A stretch of DNA of 56,027 nt, filler included, from Sphacelaria rigidula (lineage: Eukaryota): NCBI GenBank assembly GCA_964200075.2. It is 5 parts of 5 records of this genome, joined end to end, with 100 filler letters (N's around TTAATTAATTAA, not from the genome) between each part and the next. Parts side by side here need not be neighbours in the genome. Positions count along the whole stretch, not along the records: positions 22,455 to 33,579 come from CAXNAA020005352.1; positions 33,680 to 44,803 come from CAXNAA020005353.1; 3 more parts are not named here. One strand, given 5' to 3'. Positions 22,455-34,988 of the stretch are shown in pieces (within the stretch, counting starts at the first letter, position 1; each line of letters opens with the position of its first letter). Made by a program: the position numbers and the translations under genes. The notes beneath the pieces are model-generated. The model saw only the letters and a list, made by a program, of their open reading frames with translations, was not told the DNA's origin and searched no databases.

Positions 22455-24872
22455 TAGAGAGTTTATTTTTTATGATCTGCAACCACACAATTGAAAGGGT
22501 TCTCAAAACACGAGGGTGGCCGCTCTCCCTCCTGCCACTCTCCCCCCTACATACGGTTGATATAAAAACGTACTCGTGGCAGGAGGGAAACCAGGTCGAG
22601 TCGCGGCACCACGAGCCGGAGGTGCGCACAACTCGATCTCCGCCAACCAACATGCTGGCCCGCGGGGTAGCGCAGGGCAGCCAAACACTGACGCACCAGC
22701 GCCCCCACAACCCCCGCTCGGACCCCCACCTGGCCCAAGCCAGCCGTCAGACATTCTGGCTCAAATCCTGCACAGGTAAAAACAGGCACCAACATGGAGC
22801 AGCAACACCAGCAAAACCTCCACAGACAGCAGCAGCAGAACCAAGCGATGTCGACCCTTCAACAGCAGGTACATTTCTCCAGTACGGGTTACCACAACCG
22901 CAAGGCGGGGCCGGCCGTCAGCCGGCGAGCGCCGCACAGCAACAGCAGATGGCGGGGGGAAGAGCAGACGGGCTCCCTCTGCTCGCACCCAACGGCCCAC
23001 TCCCGCCACCCATCGGAGGGCCGCTACCGCATCACCAACACCAACAGCCGCAGCCACATCACCATCATCAACAACCGCAACAGAAGCAGCAACATGAACA
23101 ACCTCAGCAGCACCAGCAACAACAACAGCCACAGCAGCACCATCAGCAACCGCAGCCGGACCAGAACCACGTACAACAACACGAACAACAACAACAGCAC
23201 CAACCACAGTAATACTGCCAAGCATAGCCGCAATCCCAGGTCCACCGACTCCTCCAGCTTCTCAATGCGGGGGAGGGGGACAGATTAAACAGCTCATTCA
23301 CGCAATGGGAGCGGCCAACACCGCCCCCGCCAGTAGAAAGAAGGCAAAAGCAATGTAGGGAGAGCGGGAAATCAACAGCTGGCTGTTGGACGAAAATACA
23401 GCACTTCACCACATTCTCAGGGGCGAGGTCTCCATTTCCATTCCCATGTCGGATGCAAACCTAAAGCTTCAACTCCGCGACGTGGCAGACAACAACCGCG
23501 ACATGCTCATCAACCTTCAGACGTTAACCGATGTAGACGTCGCCAACTTTCACTCCCCGGTGTCCCTTGGCATAAGACAATCATACTTCTGCGCCAAGGT
23601 TCACGTCACCACTTACACCAAGGCGCTGGCGATTATCATCAACTTGGGCACCAACAACAACGACGGCGGGCGAAATAAGAGAGCTTTAATCACGGGGGAG
23701 CTGACGAGGGTGGCGTCGGCGCTGGACGCGTACACTGGGAAAAACTACGCCGCTCTACACAGAGACGAGACGGCCGTAAAAACCCGCATAATTACCGACT
23801 TCAATAACGACGTCAACGGGTGGTTGACAGACTGCAGGGACGCCGGGCTGAATCTGCGCATGGAGTCACCCGCCGCCCCACCCACCAACGGGCAGGGGCC
23901 CACAGCGCCGGTACCAACGTTCATTCGCGTCAAAACGCTCACCGCTGATGGCCACCTCAGCAGCCTCATTGGACGCCAGAATCCCGGCCTCATCGTAGCA
24001 GGCTCACCCGCGCAGCCCGCCTACAAGACAGCCGTCAACTGGAGGGCACTCCCAGACGGAGGCACGAGCAACGCGGTAAAACGCGTCGCCCCCCACCCTC
24101 CGTCGTACCCGGCCTAGTGGCTACACATCATCCCACCAAACACGGACTTCAACACAGAACTGGCGTCATGGTCCCCGCCGGCGGGCGTCTGCTTACGGGA
24201 TGGCAGGGCCCCACGTGCCCACGCATGCGGTCAAGACAACACCAACAGCCCCGACTGCGGCGACGGCAAAACCACCAGCACCAGCGGCACCGGCGGCCGC
24301 AGCGAGTACAGTGACGCGGTTTTCCCACAACTTCGGCGGAAATGGCGGAGCTGGGCGGGGGACCTGAGGTTGCGGGCTCCGCTATTTGGCGGGGCCTTCC
24401 AGTCTGGGGGGAGGAGGAGCACCGTTCACGGACTCAGCGAGATCAGTGGGTATCGCCTAGCCCCCCCAACTGGTGTCGGTGGCGGCAAGCTTCTTTTCAC
24501 GGTAAGAGCAGAGATACCGACGCATGTAGCAACCCCACCAAGACGTAAAGCTCAGAGATACCGACGCATGTAACATGCAAATGTCGGCAGGGTACATTAG
24601 ATTGGACGGTAAAGCTCACACGCATGAAATATTCGATGAGATGACCTCCCCGCGCAATAACATGAAACACATCAAACACGCGAACAACGACCCGAACGGC
24701 CAGAGTAACCGGTCGACTCTGACGTACAACGAAATGCACGAGCGTGCACAGGTAAGTCAGCAATAAGATCAGGTAATCGACTCCTCCATGGCTAACGAGG
24801 ACAGCAGCAGTACACGCAGACACCACGCCAAAACCACTTCGCACATCCCCACAGACAGCAGACGTGTAGAAG

Positions 24873-25500
24873 CAGATCCGGCGGTCGGCAGTTACGCACA
24901 GGCAACCCTAAACGTCGGTAGATCAGACAATAACAGAACTCATGCTCCCCATGAAATTCGAACCGTACCCAGTGCAGAAGACTGGGCGTTCCGCAGTTCC
25001 GAGGGAACCCTGAACAACGGAGCGTGCAAACTCAGTAGCCAGCAACATAAAGCGAGCAAACGAATATGGAGGTGCAGAAGAAGAACCGTTGTCTGGCAGT
25101 TCCAAGGGAACCCTGGACAACGACACGTCCATGTTGACGAGCGAAAAGCATGCAAGAGTTCGAACCAACCATCATCGCACAGATGAAGACCCGGCGTTCG
25201 GCAGTTACGCACAGGTAACCCTGAACATCGGTAGACCAGACAATAGCAGAACTCATGCTTCCCGTGAAATTCGAACCACACCCAGTGCAGAAGAAGACCC
25301 GGCGTGCGTCAGTTCCGAGGGAACCCTGAACAACGGCACGTCCACGTTGACGAGCGCAAAGCGTGCAAACTCAATATCCAGTAACATAAGGCGAGCAAAA
25401 TATCATAAAGGTGCAGAAGAATAACTGCTGTCTGACAGTGCCGAGGGAACCCTGGACGACGGCACGTCCATGTTGACAAGCGAAAAGCATGTAAGAGTTC
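24873..25500. repeat. Internal tandem repeat of the Ngaro element (about 314-bp unit x2, with 4 GGGAACCCTG sub-repeats)
   Basis: ccggcg(g/t)tcggcagttacgcacagg(c/t)aaccct...gaaattcgaacc...cccagtgcagaaga at about 24873 and 25187. Confidence 0.8.
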
Positions 25501-25780
25501 AAAACAGCACCTGGTGCACTAAAACAAACCGCTGACCAATAGTGACACACAGGTAGCCCCAGACAACGGCTTGTACACATTGACGAGCGAGGAGCTAGCA
25601 GAACAAAAAAACAACCCAGACAGTAAGGAGACCATCGATAGGCGAAAGTTTGGGTCGGTGAGAGACTTACCTCCAGTTGGGACCACAGGCCACCGAAGCC
25701 CAAATGTACACACATACCACCCAAGCAAAAACCTCAATATCCGGTGGAAACAGCAACAGCAAGAAATATCGAATACCTAC

Positions 25781-27786
25781 ATGGATCCAACAGAAATGAA
25801 GCACATCATCACAGACCCAGCCGCCACCTGCACAAGTCTCGTCCGACTCAGCTACGGAAGAATCGGAGACGTAGCAAAGGGATTCGGCGGCACTTTGGTG
25901 TCACCGCCGATAAACCTGAGAGACACCCACGAGTATTTCGGAAACCAAAAACACTTCCCTCGGATACGAGAACTCCTGCGCATGATAGAGTACGGAGTGC
26001 CAATGAACACATCGTCCCGCGGCCCCGATCTTCGAGGAGCGCTATACTACGGTATTCACCGCAGTATCGACGAACATATGCCTCAAGCCTGGGAGAGATC
26101 GGTAGAGAATGTACGGAGGAACAGATGCCTGGTGTTTGAAAGAAGGGCAGCGCTCGAAATCGGCGGTCTCAGAGTGGCCCCGCTTGGGGTAGTAGTAACT
26201 AGCAAAGTCAGGATTATCAACGATTTTCGTTTGACCCCAGCGTCCTGGAAAGAGAGAAAAGCGGCCTCAACCAGGACACGATTGCGGAGGAGGTGCCGCA
26301 ATGCCTATGCGGAGAAGCACTCCCAAAACTACTGAATGAACTCTTGAAGTTATGAGTCAAGTTTTTGGATAGCAGAATCCTACTGTCAAAGGCGGACGTC
26401 TCGGATGCATTCAGAAATGTCAGGATCGCGCCCGACCAGGCGCAAACCCGCTGCTACGTGGTAAGCGACGTTTTAGTAGCAGACTTTCGGCTCACGTTTG
26501 GATGTACGGCATTCCCCGGCTACTGGGGACTCTTATCACAGGCCACTGAACACGCACACTGCAATACCACAATACTCGACGCCGCAATACTCGAAGAAGA
26601 TAGAAAGATGATGAAACACGTAACCATAGTCGAGCCCTGGGAAAAAGGGCCACCTACACAGGTCCCGCCCGACGCTGCTATTCCCCCAGCAAACGGAGGG
26701 GGGACTACACGAATCCTTTCTTCGTTAGTGTGTACGTGGATGACTACATCCTAGCAAGGGTACAGCACGGCGCGCAAGATAAATCGGCGCTAGTCGCCTC
26801 AGCTTCGCTAGCCTCGGATCACATCAGACTGTTCGGTCCCGGAGAGCCAGGCGAGGTACCCATTCTCGCACCTAAAAAGAGTACAAACGGGGACACCAGC
26901 GTAAACTCGTTGGGATTCACGATCGACACACACACCGTGAGGATAGCGGTCACTCGAGAAAAATTCGAAGCTATCAAAGAAATGGGGAGCGCGACTGGCC
27001 CGCGGACAAGACACGCGCGACCGCGCAAGACGTACCAAACATATGTGGAAAACTCTGAAACCTCACGTTTGCAGTAAGACCCGGAAAATACTTCGTATGG
27101 CAACCACCACGCCTCACGACCTGCACGTAGCTGCAAAAAAGAAACGTAAGGTGAGATGGACAGTGAACCCTGGCTGGGAGTTTCACGAGGAACTCTCTTT
27201 TTGGAAATGGGCTATCGCAGAGAACCTAGTGCATCGCGGTGAAACACTTAGCGCCCCATGTTTTCCCCACACCAAACGCACCGCATCTCGTAAATACGTC
27301 TCCGACGCGAGCCTGGAAGCGGTAGGAGGGTACTGCCCAGAGCTCGGGTTATTCTGGCGGTACTCTTTACCGCATGAGCTCACATGCGAACAGGAGAGAA
27401 AAGCAAGAAATAGGAGAACCTGCGCGATCACGACCAATCTACTAGAACTGTGTGGAATGTTCATGGCCGCCTGCGCTACCCAGATGTTTGAGGGCGAAAG
27501 GCCCATAGAGAGAGGAGATCCAATCCTGATGCGCGGCGACAACTCGTCGGCCCTATACTGGGTAAATAAATGCGGGGGCTCGAAAGACAGACGCGCCACC
27601 CTCCTGATGAGAATGATGGCTCGCATGGAAGCCGCCACCAGGTGGTGTGTCATAGCCAAACACATACCCGGCGTCGAAAACGAACCAGCAGACGGCATCT
27701 CGAGATGGCCGGAGTCGGAGGTGGCCGAGAGGGTAGCACGGTTATCAGGAAATCTCAATTGGAAGCAGCAAGATCTAGGGAATTAA
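25781..27786 (+). pseudogene. Reverse transcriptase and RNase H of the DIRS/Ngaro element (frameshifted)
   Basis: RT: APLGVVVTSKVRIINDF, KADVSDAFRNV, RLTFG, YVDD, LGFTID. RNase H: SDAS...GG, NLLEL, GDNSSA, HIPGVENEPADGISR. Confidence 0.9.
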
Positions 27787-27929
27787 GGCAGAGAGATACT
27801 CGAAATGATTCTGCAAGAAAACCCTTGGACCACAGCCTAAACGAACAGATTTGGAACATAACGTCCCGACAAGAAGGCTGAACCCGCGCTGAACTCGTGA
27901 TAAAATTGCAGGGCAAAAGGGAGGCCCCG

Positions 27930-28991
27930 CCAGAGACGAGAAGGGCGTTGCAAAGCCAGTAGAACTGCTAGCCCGCGCGTCAATCAACGCCAGCACAAGA
28001 AACGGGTACGAGAAAAAGTTCGAAACGTGGTCCGAGCGGAGGGCTCGCCGAGAAAAGTCCGCATATGTGTCAAGGACCGACGGCGAGGCTAGCGCGGTAA
28101 TCGATATCACTAAATTTATTGCGTGGCGTCTTGTCACCCACAAAAGCCAGAGAGGGTCAGTGCGGGAGTATTTGTCAGCGATAAGCTTTTACCACACAAG
28201 ATGTATACCGGTTGGGAGATATCCACGAAATACTGTATGATAGCGGCCGTGCTCAAGGGAGCTGATCGAGCAAACGGAATATCGGAAGTAAGACCCTGCG
28301 TGCGAAAACCGCTGACGCTATTGCTGTTGGTAAAAGGAAGCATACCAGAGATGAATACGACACAGAGCCGAGTCACATGGATAGGACTAGCCCTATCGTA
28401 TTTTTTCTGTGTAGAGCCCCCGAAATCTGGTCATACAACGATCGTTCGGTACATCCAGGTGTTTGCCTCCAGAGGGAAGACCCTAACTTCTCCAGAGAAA
28501 ACGCCCAACTGATCTGGTCAGACAGGGACATGGCTGATAGGGTCACGGTGCGTTTGAGAGCCTCCAAGGCGGACGAAAAACGACTAGGGGCGGTGGTAAC
28601 TCGAACAAGAGTAGGGGGAAGTGCGCGGGGCACCGAAATATCTGAAGACATCAAGGCGCTAGAGCTCCTAACCAAACTGTTTGACTATCAATCACAGTTG
28701 GGGGCAGAAACTCCACTGACGCAGACAGTAGGTAAGACCGGATGGGTAGCAGTCACTCGGGTGCGCGCGAAGAGCGCGCTTAGGTAATTAACTTCCAGTA
28801 CAAGGAGGGATCCGACGCAGTACGCGCTGCACTTCGGTAGGATCGGAGGGGCGACACATCTAGCAGCGCAGGGGGCGTCGCAACTGCAGATTCAGAGGGC
28901 GGGGAGGTGGAAATCGCTGGCCTTCATGACGTACGTAACAGCGGGGGGCGAGGGAGCGAAATTCGTATCGCAGGCACTCGCTGAGGAGTAA
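27930..28991 (+). pseudogene. Tyrosine recombinase of the DIRS/Ngaro element (frameshifted)
   Basis: LALSYFFLCRAPE (box I, across a frameshift); RASKAD; HFGRIGGATHLAAQGASQLQIQRAGRWKSLAFMTYV (H-x-x-R, W, Y). Confidence 0.9.
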
Positions 28992-30139
28992 AGTGCAAAC
29001 AAAGAAAAAGTGAAACGTGAAGTGAAAAAAAAGAGGAGAAGGAAAGAGGGAACAGATCGGGCTGCCCAACGGGGTAAGGTTGTCCTACCGCAAGGGCGGG
29101 CCAATATCGAGTACAGTAGTCTCGGTTTAGCTCGATAGTTTCCCAGCTGCGAGAACGCGCTTTTTGTCTCGCAGTTTTGTTCATGTTAGTTTTCCGTATT
29201 TTCTATATATCAAATAATCCATAATAATTAAGTCGAAAGCAAATCGACAGACCCTTCGTTGGACCCTAACACTTGGTATGAACGATGAATAGGGCACAAT
29301 GAAAACATTTCGTTCATGCTTTTCCTCCGGCCTCGGCCGGAGCGCTGAGGCCGGGTTGGGCTGGCTGACGGCAGCAACCCAAGGAACGACGCAGCAATTT
29401 GGCTAGTACGGAGTATCTGTGACATCTACTGTCAATCCACTTCGTACGACGCTCGTGCGGCAGCTGGGTTACGCCTCATGCCACGTACCCTTGCTCGTGC
29501 AAGGCATACGGTGGTTATCACCGTGATACAGTCGGTACCTTTCCCCGATCGTAGATCCGAACCGCCGTCACCGGGTATAGGCAAGCTAAGGCAGCGACTC
29601 TTGGAAGAGTACAACACTCGGCTTGTGCGGATATTACCTCCTACTACCTAAGTGCTACGCACCACAGTGGGGTGGGTTTGAATGACCATTGCGCCAGCGC
29701 CCCAGATTGCACCATACGGTGTTTACACCTGTAAACGTGCTGCTACATGGTGATGATATCGGAACACGCCCTACTCCTGCCGGAAAGGACCGCTAATCCA
29801 ACTACTCATCGCCACCGCCGAAAGCATTGTTGCCGTAGCTCTGAGAGCGGACAACGGCGTGCGTGTAAGCATAAAGGTCGGCTTGATGGAGGTCGACGTA
29901 CGCGAGGTCCGCTGCATCTCACGCAGGAACAGATGGACATGAACCCGCGTGGGCAGAAGAGTGCGTGGAAACGGAGAACACACAAACGCTGGATCATTCA
30001 CCAGAGAGAAAGGGGCAGAGAAAAACGAAGGATAAAAAAGAGGGAACAACCAGCTCGGCGAGCCGACAAAGCTCAGGCTCACACCAATCGTACTGCCGCA
30101 AGGGCGGAGACTCGATCCAAAGAGCTGGTGGTGGCCACG

Positions 30140-32010
30140 TGAAATGTACGCACCGTGGCCAAGAGAGGTTCCAACGGCACAGGGCACGTAAACGACCTAC
30201 TGTTTTTCGCGTCCAAGTACAACTGGGATTTTGTCGCCCTCCAAGAAACCCGTCGCGATGGACGAACAACCTTCCACGCACCGGCAGCAGGCTACATAGC
30301 TCACTGCAGCGGCCACTGCCATGGTGACGGGGGGAAACTGGCAATGCTCGGAGTCGGCCTTGCCATCAAGGAGTCTATCGTCAACACACTGGGTACAGAT
30401 GCCATCACTCCCGAACACGTGAGTGCCAGGGTCCTGAAGGCACGAGTAGCTTTCCGGCATAGAGTTGCCACGACCTTTACTGTAGGGTATGCTCCTTCTG
30501 AGACACCACAAGGTTCTGATAAGACCACGTTCTGGAAAAATCTCTGTAGTTCCATCGTTGAAGTGCCCACCAACGAGCACCTAGTACAAATAATGGATGC
30601 CAATGCTCGTACTGGAAAGAGAGAAGTAGGAGGCATGGATGACGCTCGGGTTTTGGGAGAGTATGACGGAAACACCCGGAACGATGATGGTAGACGCCTT
30701 CTGAAATGCGCCGCGGAAAATAACATGGCCATCACCAACGCAGCTTTTCGAACACCAATTTGCGGGGAAAGCTCGACCGCGTACACATATGCGGGGCCGA
30801 AGGTTGAACACCGCTGGCGCCTGGACTACATCCTCGTACGTCAGCAAGACCGCAGACTCGTCCGAAATGTCATTGTGCACCCCGAGATGAAATCGGACCA
30901 TCGTCTGGTCTCTGTCGCCATCCGTCTCCTTGGACGGAACGCCCCCAACCGCCGACCGCGGCCGAGAGGCGGCGATAGGGGAATGCGTTTCGGCCGCCAA
31001 GCCCTCGCATCCAACCGAAGCTGGAGAGATACTGTTGCACAGGCCATTGTCGTTAAGCTCCCCAATGCCACTGATTCCCCCGCAATAATGGACGTCAACC
31101 ACATGGCATCTACCTTCGCCAACGCCCTGTGACAGACGGCCGCGGATACACTCCATCGATGCCCCAAGAAGACCCCATCTAGAAGTTTCAGTGAGCCATC
31201 TCTAGCTCAGGACCGCCACCAAAAGGCATGGGATCTCCGGGAAAGTGTATGGAAAAAACGAGCAAACCCCGAAGACACTGTCCTGAAGAAGGCGCTGAAG
31301 GTGACGGACAAGGCGTTTAAGCGGGTAAAGAACGCTGAGCTGCAGACCTTCGTCCACGAGTTCACAGTCCGGACCGCGGACTTTGTTCGCAAGAAGGATC
31401 AAGCAGGGCTGTACCAGCATATCAAGTCCTTGGAACTGGACGGGAAGAAGCAAAGCGACTCAACCTACGTCCGGAGCGCGACTGGTGAGCTGTTGCGAGA
31501 CAAGCAAGCTATCCCACAACGATGAAAGGAATGGTTTGACACACTGCTGACCGTAACCTCACCTACAATTGATTACTTTATCATCGATCTCATTGAACAG
31601 CTGCCAGAGCACACACCGCTCGCGGCGGAGCCCTCGATGGCAGAAGTGAAGCAAGCGGTGGGCGAACTGGCGAACGGTAAGGCCGTTGGGACGGACGACA
31701 TCTGTGGTGAACTGTTAAAGCTCGGTCGCAACGAAGACTCTGCCATCCTGAAGTGCCTCCACGACATGGTGCTCACCAGGAACTTGTACCGCAAGAGTGG
31801 AAAGACGCTATCATCAAGGTGCTCTTCGAGAAACAAGACCCGTACGAATGCGGCAACTACCGCGGTATTTCTCGCGGGTCCCACGCGGGCAATGTGGTGC
31901 TCAAGATAGTTGCGACTCGCCAAAGTGCCTTTTGCGAGTGGAAGGGAATCCTCCCAGAAACGCAATGCGGTTTCCGACCTGGCCGTTCCGCAGTCGACCT
32001 GGCCTTCGTG
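30140..32010 (+). mobile_element. RTE-like LINE fragment (AP endonuclease and N-terminal RT), inactive
   Basis: Endonuclease: LQETR, GVGLAI, YAP, DANARTG, LDYILV, SDHRLV (30155-31132). RT start: [39 protein letters not shown]. Contains stops and frameshifts and is truncated at about 32010. Confidence 0.92.
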
Positions 32011-33579
32011 GAGACGTGGTCGATGATGATCTTGTCGTCGGTGATCCAACCGCGAAGGCCAGCGAACCTGATCGCGAGGTGTTTGCTCCTGCTGCTGTAC
32101 GAGCCTTGTCCCGCGAGTAGCAGGGCGCCTTTGTTGTCGCAAAATATGCGGGCGCTGCGGAAGGTCCTCCATCCGAGCTCTCCGAGGATGCCACAGAGGT
32201 AAATGCCTTGTTTTGCGCAAGAGCTCATGGCAATCAGCTCCGCTTCGGTGGTAGATTGGGCTGAGATTTTCTGAACGCTAGCCGAGAAGTGTATGACACC
32301 CCCAGCAAGGAAGTAGATGCTCCCCGATGTAGATCTAGCCTTCTCCGGGTTGCCCGTGCCGTAAGAGGCGTCACAGAAGCCAGTGAGCTCGAAGCTGCTG
32401 TTCCGGCTGTAGGTGATGCGAATGTCAGGGGCCTATCGCAGAATGCGTTTCACGGCCCCCATGTGTACTGAGGTTGGCTTGCTCGTGAACCGTGCCGCCT
32501 GTGACACTGCAAAGCAGATGTCCACGCGGGTACACTGGCACAGGAAGATGAGGGACCCCACGATGCTCTGGTAGTCGAGAATGTCATCCTTGTCGAGCGG
32601 TACGCTGCCTTCGGGCTCCGCGGTCAGCTCGTTGCCGATTCCAGGTGTGTGTACTGCGTGGCAGTCGGACATGCCGCACTTTTGCAGTAGCGACATTACG
32701 TAGGGCCTTTGGCTGATGCTGATGGTGCCTAGCTGCTTGTCCTGGATGATGTCGATCCCCAAGATTTTAGTGGCGTCGCCAAAATCCGTCATAGAAAACT
32801 TGTCCATGAGTGCTTTCCGGAGTTTGGCCACGACTGCTGGGTTGGGTCCCGTGATGAGGAGGTCGTCCACGTACAGAGTGAGCATGATGTAGTCGTCTCC
32901 GCTGCCCTTGACGTATACGCACGCGTCGCTCACGATCGGTTCGAAGCCGGGTGCTCGCAGATCGCCGTCGATGGTGCTGTTCCATGCTTTTGGTGACTGC
33001 CGCAGCCCGTAGATGGACTTGGGCAGCTTCATGATGAACGGTCGCCCCCGCGAGTTCTTCTTTTCGAACCCCGGCGCCTGCCGTATGTAGACTTCTTCCT
33101 CGAGCTTCCCGTTGAGAAATACTGTTGAGAAGTCCATGGCTGAGACGCTCCATCCGTTGGCAGCGGCGATGGCAAGAAGGAGGCGTTGACTCTCGATCCG
33201 GCAGACCGGCGCAAACGTGCTGCCGCAGTCTATGCCGTGCCTCTGCGACCAGCCCGTTCCGACGACTCTGCCTTTGAATCGCCCATCCGTTTTTACCTTG
33301 AACACCCAGCGTGAGCCGATGATGTTATGGCCTGGAGGAACTGCTTCCGGAGGGACCAACTCGAAAACCTGGAGGTCGATGAGGCTCTGGTGCTCCTTCC
33401 GGGCGGCCGTCAGCCATTCCGCAGAATGAGGCGAGGCCATTGCCTCCTTGAAGGTGTTGGGTACAGGGATGGCCCCTGGAGTAGTGACCTTGTGTAGCCC
33501 CACAACGCCGATGTAGTGACTCACTTGTTGCATAAGCGAGTACGACTCTTGGCGTGCAGCGAAGTCCACGGCAAGCGCC
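32003..33579 (-). mobile_element. Ty1/copia pol fragment (RT and RNase H)
   Basis: RT (32433-33569): PNTFKEAM, IGSRWVFKVK, TFAPV, FLNGKLEEEVY, KSIYGLRQSP, YVDDLL. RNase [23 protein letters not shown]. Confidence 0.95.
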
Positions 33580-33679
33580 NNNNNNNNNNNNNNNNNNNNN
33601 NNNNNNNNNNNNNNNNNNNNNNNTTAATTAATTAANNNNNNNNNNNNNNNNNNNNNNNNNNNNNNNNNNNNNNNNNNNN
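33580..33679. other. Artificial contig linker
   Basis: N44-TTAATTAATTAA-N44. Confidence 0.97.
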
Positions 33680-34988
33680 CACATCCCGTTCCTCCTTGTA
33701 TAGTTTACATTCTGCCACTATATGACTTCTGCTCTCTGTTGCTATGTAGGGGGGGGGGGGGTACTCATTTTTGGCTTGCCTTAGTCATTTGACCGTTGAC
33801 CACGCATCCCTTTCGAGATGGAGCATGTACCGGGGGGGAAATTAATTGATCCCTGATGGAGCATGACCACGGAATCGTCTCGAGGAACGGGAGGCGTTGA
33901 AACTGTGCCAAAACAAATATTCAGTGAAACGCATGGGCATACGTATGTATACATCCTCACATTAGATGGGTGGTCACCGCTGCGCGGAGATCGAGCCAGT
34001 GCATCATCTGCCTGTTTGGTCGGAGCAATGGTTACGAATCTCGACGGTTATGGCTTACGGTACTTGACTGCATTCCATCATCGAAAGCGGAAAGTGGCTT
34101 CATGCGACGACCAATCTGGGTCAACAATGCATCGCAAGACAGGTACCAAGGAAGAGGAACGGGTCAATCTCTTTAGATTACCGATCATCCAGAGGAGAGT
34201 ATGGGGGGGGGGGCGTACTCATTTTTTGCTCGCTTTAGTCGTTTGACCATTGACCACGCATCCCTTTCGAGACGGAGCACCGATCCTACTCCTCTTAGAA
34301 ACACCTTCAACATTCCGGCGCTCATTACGTTTCTTCCATTACGGGTTCCGTTGTGGAAAGCGCGAGAACGAGGTGATCCATTCCTCATTCGTCATGCTTT
34401 GAGCCCCTCTCCCTCCTCGGGACGACTCCGCAGTCTCAAGGGATCAACACATCTCTCTTTTGGTATCTGCCTGATATTTTGGTATCCTATTCTCAGTGAT
34501 GAACTGCAGGGTAGGGTGTGTAAGTACCGGTAGGTACCGAGGGAGAGCAGAAGGTTGGTTGATTCTTCGAGACGGTAAACTCGTCCCGGGAGGAACGGGG
34601 AGAGAGGAAAGTACGACGAAATATATGGGTAAGTGTGAGGAATATATATACACGGAGTGTGCACACATATGTAAAACCGGTTAGGCACGGCTTGCGGGTT
34701 ACCTCGGAGTTCCGTTACCCTATGGTGCTAGTATTTCCCCCTCATATATATAGATATGTAGATACATTGCGTACGTTTATGTACATCCATACAGACACCC
34801 ATAATCGGAAGAAACGTTGCAAGAACGGTCGTGTACGCGTAGTCAGATTGACGACAGTAATTTTCGATCAGGATACAAACATAGACTAGTCCGGACGAAC
34901 TGAAACTGTTACGTAATGCGCCGTAGAAAGATTGAAACTGTGGCCAACAAAAATGCCAGTGTTTGTTTTCATGACCCTCATCACCACA

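Larger units (their letters stand above)
22455..29220 (+). mobile_element. Degenerate DIRS/Ngaro-like tyrosine-recombinase retrotransposon
   Basis: Order is gag-like (Q/H-rich, about 22800-24117), RT, RNase H, tyrosine recombinase, with several frameshifts and stops. The ends are approximate. Confidence 0.88.

Noticed and set aside
22472-23288. PolyQ/N-rich ORFs as a host prion-like gene
   Set aside because: CAA/CAG/CAC low-complexity sequence stays open in several frames and lies in the gag position of the Ngaro element.
22455-33579. Recombinase and RT enzymes as the machinery for LRR shuffling
   Set aside because: They lie on a different, unlinked contig and are ordinary inactivated TE genes.
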